Assembly: GCA_030607895.1 (NCBI GenBank)
Contig: JAUWJC010000001.1
Location: 1-25,998 of the forward strand
Direction: 5' to 3'
Origin: Pirellulales bacterium
GTDB lineage: Bacteria > Planctomycetota > Planctomycetia > Pirellulales > Thermoguttaceae
Length of the DNA stretch: 25,998 nt
Below are positions 1 to 6,903 of this stretch, piece after piece; within the stretch, counting starts at the first letter, position 1, and every line of letters begins with the position of its first letter. A model generated the notes under the pieces. It was not told the DNA's origin and did not search any database. It saw nothing but the letters and a program-made list of their open reading frames with translations. The position numbers and the translations under genes are program-made.

Positions 1-52
1 GAAGGCGGACGTTTGCGGCTTCGCAACTCTCAACTCTCAACTCTCAACTCTA
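1..52. repeat. Composite element: GAAGGCGG unit + TTGCGGCTTCGC core + (AACTCTC)n heptamer array abutting the trpS stop
   Basis: Core TTGCGGCTTCGCA at 13-25, followed by AACTCTC repeats up to the trpS stop (CTA at 50-52). The same core recurs at 3668, 17256, 17299(rc), 19310 and 21646(rc). Confidence 0.9.
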
Positions 53-1018
53 CCCCTTAACGCCGCAGACGCGTTGTGCGCGGAGGAGTACTTCGGCGGC
101 CTTTTTTCGGGCTTGGGCGGCGCCATCGCCGAGGATCTGGCGAATCCGCTCCGGCTGGGACTCCAACTCGCGCCGTCGCTGGCGGGCCTCGTCGAAGAAT
201 CTCACCGCCAGACCGGCCAACGCCTTCTTTACTTCGCCGTAGCCAAACCCGCCACGACGATACGTTGTGGCCATTTCCTCCCGCTGGGCATCGTCGGCAA
301 ACAGCCAATAGAGTTGGAAGAGGTGGTCGGTTTCCGGGTCCTTGGGTTGGTCCATCGGTCGGGAGTCGGTTTTGATCCGCATGATCTGCTTGCCGAGCAC
401 CTTGGGGTCTTCGAAGACATCCAGCGTGTTGTTGTAACTTTTCGACATCTTCTCGCCGTCGATGCCCGGCACTCGGGCCGAAGTGTCGATGATCTTCGCC
501 TTCGGCATCACGAAGGTCTCGCCAAAGTGATGGTTGAAGCTGGCCGCCAGGTCGCGGCATACCTCGATGTGCTGCCCTTGGTCTTCGCCGACCGGAACCG
601 TATCGGAGTCGTAGGCCAGGATGTCGGCCGCCATCAGCACGGGGTAGGTGAACAACCCCGCGTCGGCCGAGAGTCCACGCGCCTGCTTATCCTTGTAGGC
701 GTGGCACCGCTCGAGAAGCCCCATGGGAGTCCCGGTCATCAGCAGCCAACTCAGTTCGCTTACCTCGGGCACGTCCGACTGCACGAACAGCGTGGCCCGA
801 TCCGGATCGAGCCCCAACGCCACCAGGTCGATTGCCGCGTCCCACGTCCACTGCCATAACTCCTCGGGGTTGCGGACCGTGGTTAGCGCGTGCAAGTTGG
901 CGATGAAGTAGAAGGCGTCTTCCGCCTCGTCTTGCAGTTCGATGTACTGCCGGATCGCTCCAAAGTAATTCCCCCAATGGAACCGTCCCGTCGGTTGAAT
1001 GCCGGATAGTACTCGCAT
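50..1018 (-). CDS. trpS: Tryptophanyl-tRNA synthetase
   Basis: N-terminal [14 protein letters not shown] (HIGH-like), [21 protein letters not shown] and KMSKS motifs; 322 aa. Confidence 0.97.
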   Translation of the reverse strand: MRVLSGIQPTGRFHWGNYFGAIRQYIELQDEAEDAFYFIANLHALTTVRNPEELWQWTWDAAIDLVALGLDPDRATLFVQSDVPEVSELSWLLMTGTPMGLLERCHAYKDKQARGLSADAGLFTYPVLMAADILAYDSDTVPVGEDQGQHIEVCRDLAASFNHHFGETFVMPKAKIIDTSARVPGIDGEKMSKSYNNTLDVFEDPKVLGKQIMRIKTDSRPMDQPKDPETDHLFQLYWLFADDAQREEMATTYRRGGFGYGEVKKALAGLAVRFFDEARQRRRELESQPERIRQILGDGAAQARKKAAEVLLRAQRVCGVKG

Positions 1019-1060
1019 GGTCAGTGGTTATACTCTCGGTGGTCAATAATTGCGGTTTTG

Positions 1061-1137
1061 CTATCAGCTATCAGCAGTCAGCTATCAGCTTCCACCATCT
1101 GGAGATGTTTCCAACTCAAAGCTGACTGCTGAAAGCT
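1061..1137. repeat. Inverted pair of CTATCAG-type heptamer arrays
   Basis: AGCTATCAGCAGTCAGCT (1066-1083) pairs with AGCTGACTGCTGAAAGCT (1120-1137), 1 mismatch. Confidence 0.8.
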
Positions 1138-1220
1138 ATTCTATGGCACACAACTTGTTCTGTCCAACGTGCTCGAATGTGGTGAGCATGTTCACCATAC
1201 TGGGCCGCGGTGTCCGACGA

Positions 1221-1297
1221 GGGGCCAGGGACGAGGGACGAGGAAAAGGCTTAGTGGATCGTCTTCCGCTCGTCCCTCGCCCCCAATCCCTCGCCCC
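1221..1297. repeat. Inverted pair of GGGACGA-type heptamer arrays downstream of pyrD (possible terminator-like hairpin)
   Basis: GGGGCCAGGGACGAG (1221-1235) pairs with CTCGTCCCTCGCCCC (1269-1283), 1 mismatch. Confidence 0.75.
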
Positions 1298-1315
1298 TTT
1301 CGTGGACAGGACGGC

Positions 1316-2242
1316 TCAGCATGTCGTCTGGATCGTTCCGACCACATCGGCGACGCGGGCCGCGTCCAGTTCGGCCAGGGCGGCGGGCAGAGAATCGAGT
1401 ATTTCGATGGACACGGTGGGGTTGTAGAAGTTGGCCGTGCCGATCTGGACGGCCGTGGCGCCGGCCACCAGAAACTCCATCATGTCGTCGACCGAAGCAA
1501 TGCCGCCGATTCCCATCAACGGCACTCCCACCGCGCCGGCAACCTGGTACACCGCCCCGAGGGCAATCGGCTTGATGGCCGGGCCGCTTAGCCCACCCAA
1601 TACGTTTCCCAGTCGCGGGCGCCGCCGACGCCAATCGATCGACATCGCCAGGCAGGTATTGATTAGGGAAATCGCGTCGGCCCCACCGGCCTCCGCCGCC
1701 TTGGCAATAGCCACAATGCTGGTGACGTTTGGGGTCAGCTTTGCCAGTACGGGAAGCGAACATGCTTGGCGCACGCCCGCCACCAGCTTCTCGCACATTG
1801 CCGGATCGGTGCCGAAGTCGACCCCGCCGCTGACATTGGGGCAGGACATGTTCAACTCCAAGGCGGCCACGCCGGGCGTGCCGTCGAGCCGTGCCCCCAT
1901 GCGGATGAACTCGTCGCGGGTGCGGCCGGCAATGCTGACAATGATTGCGGTCGGCAACTCGGCCAGATAGGGCAATTGGTGTTCGACGAAAGCCTCGATG
2001 CCGGCGTTGTCCAGGCCGAGCGAGTTGAGCAGGCCGCTGGTGGGTTCGACGGTGCGGGGTGGCGGGTTGCCGGGACGTGGCTCTTGCGTGATGGTCTTGG
2101 GCAGGATTGCCCCGAGTCGCCCCAGATCGACCACAGCGGCCATTTCCCGGGCATATCCAAAAGTGCCCGAGGCTACGGCGATTGGATTGGCCAAATGCAG
2201 CCGGCCTAACTTCACGTCGAGTTGGACATCGGCAGAATTCAC
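1316..2242 (-). CDS. pyrD: Dihydroorotate dehydrogenase, family 1 (1B-type catalytic subunit)
   Basis: NPIAVASGTFG, PKTIT, LNSLGLDN, ELNMSCPN (catalytic Cys), AKLTPN, GGLSGPAIKP and GIGGI motifs; GTG start. Confidence 0.95.
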   Translation of the reverse strand: MNSADVQLDVKLGRLHLANPIAVASGTFGYAREMAAVVDLGRLGAILPKTITQEPRPGNPPPRTVEPTSGLLNSLGLDNAGIEAFVEHQLPYLAELPTAIIVSIAGRTRDEFIRMGARLDGTPGVAALELNMSCPNVSGGVDFGTDPAMCEKLVAGVRQACSLPVLAKLTPNVTSIVAIAKAAEAGGADAISLINTCLAMSIDWRRRRPRLGNVLGGLSGPAIKPIALGAVYQVAGAVGVPLMGIGGIASVDDMMEFLVAGATAVQIGTANFYNPTVSIEILDSLPAALAELDAARVADVVGTIQTTC

Positions 2243-2245
2243 AAT

Positions 2246-2464
2246 CTAGATTATACCACCGTGCGTCCGGTATGGCGTGCAATGATCCGGTTGATCGAGG
2301 AACCAGGTTCGCTCCCATTCGTCCAGCAGCAGCCGGAGATTCTCGGATGTGAAGATCAACTGCTGCGTGCGACGCACGGGATCGCCCGAATAGGCGGGAA
2401 TGATGCATCCGAGCGTGGTGCTCATTAGCAGGCCAAACGCGGCAGCCACAAGCAATCTGCGCAT
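2246..2464 (-). CDS. Small (72 aa) putative lipoprotein of unknown function
   Basis: True start lies inside the 279-aa ORF call: GGGAGGAG RBS 7 nt upstream of ATG 2464. MRRLLVAAAFGLLMSTTLG-C is a signal peptide with a lipobox-like Cys20. Confidence 0.8.
   Translation of the reverse strand: MRRLLVAAAFGLLMSTTLGCIIPAYSGDPVRRTQQLIFTSENLRLLLDEWERTWFLDQPDHCTPYRTHGGII
2250..2258 (-). promoter_or_regulatory. Extended -10 promoter (TGGTATAAT) for a probably leaderless pyrD transcript
   Basis: Minus strand reads TG-G-TATAAT-ctagatt-GTG: a perfect -10 box 7 nt before the pyrD start, with no Shine-Dalgarno. Confidence 0.6.
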
Positions 2465-2532
2465 GGCGTAACTCCTCCCTGAAACATGAGTTGTAGCGCT
2501 TCCGAGGTAAACATTCGTCCAACCCGTCAACA

Positions 2533-2680
2533 ACCTCGTGACGAAGCTCTGCTTCGTCACGCACGGCACGGAGGCTCTGCCTCCTGGATCAATCGTAAGT
2601 GCTTGCAACATGGTTGGTTGCGACTGAAGGAACCGGAACTTCCGAGCCTTACGTTCCCAAGCAGCGCTTGGGAACGAGGT
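2533..2680. repeat. Four-hairpin REP/MITE-like element
   Basis: Ends ACCTCGT...ACGAGGT. Hairpins CGTGACGAAGC-tct-GCTTCGTCACG (2537-2561), GGAGGC-tct-GCCTCC (2570-2584), a degenerate GGAACCGGAACTTCC, and CGTTCCCAAGC-agc-GCTTGGGAACG (2652-2676). Confidence 0.8.
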
Positions 2681-2822
2681 GGTAACTTGGGCCAACAACT
2701 CGAGCAGCCAACTCGCCAGATGTGATTTGTTTTGCGGGAAAGGTGGTTTCGAAGCCAGTTTCCAAACAGGCTGCGAGACACTGACGAGATTTGCTCCGAT
2801 GAGCCCGACCGACCACGGAATG

Positions 2823-3224
2823 TCAGGAACCCTGGGGACTGGAGCCGTAACCTGTTGAACTGCCAAGTGCTTGGGGAACTGGTGATGCCGCGCTATCGGC
2901 CCGGGAAGCCTCGACTTGGGCCGCCTGCTGGGCCGCCGCCCGACGCTCCAACTCGCGAACACGCTCTTCCATTTCCTTGCCGGGCTTGAAGGTGACGACG
3001 AATTTCTCCGGGACGAAGACCTTGTCGCCCGTGCGTGGGTTGCGAGCCTTGCGGGATGCACGCCGCTTGACCTCGAAGACCCCAAAGTTGCGAAGTTCGA
3101 TCCGACCGTCTTTCACCAACGTGTCGACAATGGCGTCGAACGTCTTCTGGACGATCTCCTTGGTCCGCAATTGGGTCAACCCAATCTGCTCTGAAATGGT
3201 CCTAACAATCTCTTTCTTGGTCAC
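2823..3224 (-). CDS. HU/IHF family DNA-binding protein with low-complexity C-terminal extension
   Basis: MTKKEIV..., [21 protein letters not shown] and FKPGKEM motifs; AAGGAG RBS upstream of the GTG start. Confidence 0.95.
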   Translation of the reverse strand: MTKKEIVRTISEQIGLTQLRTKEIVQKTFDAIVDTLVKDGRIELRNFGVFEVKRRASRKARNPRTGDKVFVPEKFVVTFKPGKEMEERVRELERRAAAQQAAQVEASRADSAASPVPQALGSSTGYGSSPQGS

Positions 3225-3299
3225 GACTCAACTCTCCTTGGAGAAGGGGTCGCCGTAGCCTCGGCAGCGGCTCGTGCGGACCTGCCCAATTATGCTCCA

Positions 3300-3328
3300 A
3301 GTGTAGGTGCCATAACGACTACAGTCAA
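3300..3328 (-). promoter_or_regulatory. Sigma70-type promoter for the HU/IHF gene
   Basis: TTGACT (3328-3323) - 17 nt - TACACT (3305-3300) on the minus strand. Confidence 0.7.
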
Positions 3329-3418
3329 GATCAATCGTGCTGGGGGGTGCCATCGGGCGGGATTTCAGACCGGTTGCGAACCCAAAACCCGGCGTGCCCA
3401 ACGGCGGGACGCTTCTCG

Positions 3419-3507
3419 GTAAGTGCTTATTGTCAAAGAACTTAGCCATCGACGGCCGTGCAAATCGGAGGCTCGTTCGCGTAAGTCCTTTTCTTGCAAG
3501 GACTAAC
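3419..3507. promoter_or_regulatory. Two 27-bp palindromic operator-like sites, GTAAGTnCTT-N7-AAGnACT(T/A)A(C/G)
   Basis: GTAAGTGCTT-attgtca-AAGAACTTAG (3419-3445) and GTAAGTCCTT-ttcttgc-AAGGACTAAC (3481-3507). Confidence 0.55.
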
Positions 3508-3509
3508 GG

Positions 3510-3550
3510 AAAAAAACCGCCCGACCTGCCCGCGGTGCCAGCCGCACTGA
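3510..3550 (-). terminator. Weak candidate intrinsic terminator after the RraA-family gene
   Basis: Minus strand shows GC-rich ACCGC...GCGGT followed by a 7-T run; the stem is short. Confidence 0.3.
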
Positions 3551-3613
3551 GCGCACAAACACCGCGCGAAGAGCCGTGGCTAAAAGCCTATATCGGTGGC
3601 CTGACCGGAAAAC

Positions 3614-4429
3614 TCAAGCCAGACCGTAGAATCCGTAGAATCGGAAAGGCGGAAGGGGGCATCCACACGCTTGCGGCTTCGCAACTCTCAACTCGCAACC
3701 CTCAACTCTCAACTGTACGCGCTGGCGGAGTTTGTTGACCACGGCGACGAACTCCTTGCGGTTTTCGCCGAGTTTCTCGGCCGTTTTGGGCTCGGGGCCG
3801 GCCACGTAGTCCAGCACTATTCTTTCAGCATCGACGAACTCGTCGCCAATGTCGGCCATTTCCGCGGCGATCTCCGGCGGGATGTTCGTCACGCCGTTGG
3901 CGTCGCCGTGCAGGAGATCCCCTTGGTGAACGACCAATCCGCCCACGCGAACCGGCAGGCCAATGTGCAGTATGTGGCAGTAGGCGTGCGAGCAGATGGT
4001 CGAGCCGGTGAAGACCGGGTACTCCAGTTCGTGGACCTGTTGCAGGTCGCGTCCGCCGCCGCTGGTTATCAGCCCGGTCGAGCCGAATGACTTGTAGACC
4101 GAGCACATTACCTCGCCAAAGGTGGCCCCGACCGGCGGATCGTCGAGATCCTCGAAGACCACCACGGCCGAGCCCGGCAGGTCCTCGAAGGTCTTCACCT
4201 GGTCCATCATGCTCCCGTAAGCATCGCCGCCGACCGGTGGGGCGCTCGAGCGGAAAGCGGCCGTGGCGGCAAAGCCCACCATTGGCGGCAGCTCCGGGAA
4301 ATTTGCCCGTACCCGGTGGTCCATGAATCCGCAAGTCCGCGGCCGGACATCGAACAGTTCGATGATGTTGCAGATCGTCGGGGTGTCGAATTGTGCCAGT
4401 TTTTCGAGGGATTGGGGTGTTATGGTCAT
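3614..4429 (-). CDS. RraA family protein (HMG/CHA-aldolase-like); C-terminus extended by read-through into a repeat
   Basis: FDTPTICN, MVGFAAT, FGEVM, GGGRD (conserved Arg-Asp) and GDLLHGDANGV motifs; AGGA RBS. The last ~33 codons are repeat-derived. Confidence 0.85.
   Translation of the reverse strand: MTITPQSLEKLAQFDTPTICNIIELFDVRPRTCGFMDHRVRANFPELPPMVGFAATAAFRSSAPPVGGDAYGSMMDQVKTFEDLPGSAVVVFEDLDDPPVGATFGEVMCSVYKSFGSTGLITSGGGRDLQQVHELEYPVFTGSTICSHAYCHILHIGLPVRVGGLVVHQGDLLHGDANGVTNIPPEIAAEMADIGDEFVDAERIVLDYVAGPEPKTAEKLGENRKEFVAVVNKLRQRVQLRVEGCELRVAKPQACGCPLPPFRFYGFYGLA
3643..3714. repeat. Composite element: GAAGGCG/GAAGGGG units + CGCTTGCGGCTTCGCA core + AACTCTC array
   Basis: Core at 3668-3683 and array AACTCTC AACTCGC AACCCTC AACTCTC. 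A 9-mer CCGTAGAAT x2 lies just upstream (3624-3641). Confidence 0.85.
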
Positions 4430-4457
4430 GGAGATTGTCCTGCCAGGATGTGAAGAA

Positions 4458-4542
4458 CTTGTAAAGGCACGACCAGTGGTCGCGGTTCACCAAATGAACT
4501 GACAACTCGAAGGACCGCGACCACTGGTCGCGGCTTTGCAAG
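4458..4542. repeat. Inverted-repeat doublet in the divergent RraA / E1 intergenic region
   Basis: CGACCAGTGGTCGCGGT (4470-4486) and ACCGCGACCACTGGTCG (4514-4530) are perfect reverse complements, and each arm is itself palindromic. Confidence 0.8.
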
Positions 4543-4684
4543 AGGTAACCCTCGGCTGCCCTATTGTAGCGGCTGTCGACAGGATAACCACCCCACACAA
4601 GAAATACACGGCGGTAGCAACATGGGGGCTATGGGCAATCCGGCTCGTCCTCGCTTTTTGCGGGAGATTCTTGCCGATTTGACC

Positions 4685-4713
4685 GTGACACCGCAATGGT
4701 AGATCGCTACAAT
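4685..4713 (+). promoter_or_regulatory. Candidate sigma70 promoter for the E1 / lipoyl-FabH unit
   Basis: GTGACA (4685-4690) - 17 nt - TACAAT (4708-4713). Confidence 0.55.
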
Positions 4714-4770
4714 CCCTGGCCATCGACCTTGCCCCTTCGTCACGATCTCGTCAGCGAAAAGGCACCATAA

Positions 4771-6903
4771 GTGGCACCTAATCTGGATACAGGCAGCCTG
4801 GCCGCGTCGCTGCCCGAGCTGCATCCGGCAATATGTCTTGCCGGCGCGACGTTGGCCCAATTGGGGGCCGTTGGCAGCGCGGCATTGAAGCCGCATCCAG
4901 CCTACCCGCTCTCGTCGCCGGCCGTCGTGCGTTTTCCCGGGCGGCTGGCCAAGCCGGAGTTCTACCCGGCCGCCTACACGCTGATGTACCTCTCTCGCCG
5001 GCTGGAAGCGCGGCTGTTGGAGTTGTACGAGAAAGGATACGTGAAAGGGACGGTCACCAGTAGCGCCGGCAACGAGGCGGCGGCGGTGGGGATGTCGATG
5101 CCATACAGGCCGGGCAAAGATATCGTGTCGCTATTGCACCGCGACTTCGCCGCCCATCTGCTTCTAGGCGCCACGCCCTATCAGATGGTCTGTCAGTACA
5201 TGGCCAACGCCGACAGCCCGACGCACGGGCGAGAAGGCAACGCGCATCACGGCGACGCCAACAACCGCCGACTCCCAATGATTAGCCACTTGGGTAAGAT
5301 GCTCAGCCTGGTGGTGGGAGGCACCTGGGCCGCCCGACGACACGGCGGGGAGGCGTTCGGGCTGTCCGTGATCGGCGACGGCGGCAGCAGCACGGGCGAG
5401 TTTCACGAATCGCTGAACCTCGCGTCGGTACACAAGGTGCCGGTGCTGTTTGTGGTGCAGAACAACCACTACTCGTTCTCGACACCTACTTCCGCTCAAT
5501 ACAACTGCCGGCGTCTTTCCGACCGGGCGCAAGGCTACGGCATATCGGGCCGGACCATCGACGGCACCGACGCCTGGGAGGTGTATACGGCCGTCTGCGA
5601 GGCGTTGGACGCCATGCGGGAGAATCCGTTGCCGACGATCCTGGAGTGCATGACCGTTCGCCTGCACGGTCACGCCGCCTACGACAAGGCCGAGTACATT
5701 ACCCAACAGCAAAGGGACCGCTGGCAGGTACGCGATCCGTTGCCCAGCACCCGCCGAAAGCTACAGGAGTTCTGCGGGCGGGGCGAGTCGGACACGGTGT
5801 CGCTGGAGGCGATGGTCGACGAGGAGGTTCAGTCGGCCCTGTCGAAGGCGTTTTTGGTTGCCCGGCCCAAGCCGCCGGTCAAGCGGTCGAGCGTGTTCGC
5901 AAGTTCTTCACCCGCCGCGGTCAAGCCGTACCAGGCCAAAAAGGTGAAGAACGGCACGGCGGTCAATCACGCGTTGGACTACATTCTGGAAAACAACCCC
6001 CGTGCTTTTCTGACCGGTCTGGACGTGGGCACGTACGGCTCGGCGTTCAAAACGTGCAAGGGGCTGATCGATCGGCATGGTGCGGATCGCGTGATCGACA
6101 TGCCCATTTGCGAGTCGGGGACCATGGGGTTCGCCTTGGGGGCGTCGCAGGTGGGCGCCGAGCCGATTGTCGAGTTCCAGTTCGCCGATTTCTCGACCGA
6201 GGCCGTCACGCAACTCGGACTGAACGCGGCCACATGGTACTTCCGCTCCGGTCGACCGGCTCCGCTTCTGGTGCGGCTGCCTTGCGGGGGTGGGCTGACG
6301 ATGGGGGCGTTTCACTCGGGCGAGTTCGAGGGGCTCTGGTCGCGGTTTACGGGCCTGAAGCTGCTCTATCCGGCCACGCCGCAGGAGACCTTCGAAGCGC
6401 TGGTGGCCGGCTATTACGATCGCAACCCCTGCCTGGTGTTCGAACACAAGCTGCTTTATTGGAGCACGAGCGGCGACATCGACTTCGACGGCGACCTGCA
6501 GAGTGTGTGGCGGGCGCGCCGCTACACCGAGGGAACCGACCTGACGCTGGTCGCCATGGGGGCCATGGTGCGCGAGGCGATTTCGGCGGCCGAGAGCTGC
6601 CCGTATTCCGTCGAGGTCTGGAACCCCTTTCTGCTGCAACCGTTGGACCTCTCGCCGATCGTGGAATCGGTAAGAAAGACGGGCCGGTTGATGGTGGTTC
6701 AGGAGTGTGGGGAAACGCAGGGGCTTGGCGACCGGATTATTTCGCTGGTGGTCCGGGCGGACCCGGCCATACTGCGTTGCCGACCCGAGTTGATTTCCGC
6801 TCCGGACGTACCGATCCCATTTGCACCGGAACTGGAATCGTATGGTCGTCCAAGCAACGAGAGTATCCTGGACCGCATCGAGAAGATGCTGAGGGAGAAG
6901 TAG
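4771..6903 (+). CDS. Fused E1 alpha+beta subunit of a TPP-dependent 2-oxoacid dehydrogenase (substrate uncertain; start could be further downstream)
   Basis: TPP motif GDGGSSTGEFHESLN...VVQNN and HGHAAYD in the alpha part. Beta part: DMPICESG, EFQFADF, FHS and PCLVFEHKLLY. Confidence 0.92.
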   Translation: MAPNLDTGSLAASLPELHPAICLAGATLAQLGAVGSAALKPHPAYPLSSPAVVRFPGRLAKPEFYPAAYTLMYLSRRLEARLLELYEKGYVKGTVTSSAGNEAAAVGMSMPYRPGKDIVSLLHRDFAAHLLLGATPYQMVCQYMANADSPTHGREGNAHHGDANNRRLPMISHLGKMLSLVVGGTWAARRHGGEAFGLSVIGDGGSSTGEFHESLNLASVHKVPVLFVVQNNHYSFSTPTSAQYNCRRLSDRAQGYGISGRTIDGTDAWEVYTAVCEALDAMRENPLPTILECMTVRLHGHAAYDKAEYITQQQRDRWQVRDPLPSTRRKLQEFCGRGESDTVSLEAMVDEEVQSALSKAFLVARPKPPVKRSSVFASSSPAAVKPYQAKKVKNGTAVNHALDYILENNPRAFLTGLDVGTYGSAFKTCKGLIDRHGADRVIDMPICESGTMGFALGASQVGAEPIVEFQFADFSTEAVTQLGLNAATWYFRSGRPAPLLVRLPCGGGLTMGAFHSGEFEGLWSRFTGLKLLYPATPQETFEALVAGYYDRNPCLVFEHKLLYWSTSGDIDFDGDLQSVWRARRYTEGTDLTLVAMGAMVREAISAAESCPYSVEVWNPFLLQPLDLSPIVESVRKTGRLMVVQECGETQGLGDRIISLVVRADPAILRCRPELISAPDVPIPFAPELESYGRPSNESILDRIEKMLREK

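Noticed and set aside
1316-2242. pyrD without an adjacent pyrK
   Set aside because: pyrK can be encoded elsewhere; this cannot be judged from one window.
2465-3085. 5' part of the 279-aa ORF (2246..3085)
   Set aside because: It overlaps the HU gene out of frame and crosses a repeat; the real gene starts at ATG 2464 with a strong RBS.
4456-4467. Identical 12-mer AACTTGTAAAGG at 4456 and 10969, both beside hairpin elements
   Set aside because: Repeated 12-mers are expected by chance in 26 kb; no further shared context.
5646-6902. 858-aa ORF suggesting a much longer FabH fusion or a programmed -1 frameshift joining E1 to lipoyl-FabH
   Set aside because: The upstream 419 codons are an off-frame shadow of the E1 beta region, which is expected in high-GC3 DNA. 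No slippery heptamer is visible near the E1 end, and GTG 6903 has its own RBS. A four-domain fusion in other genomes is still worth checking.
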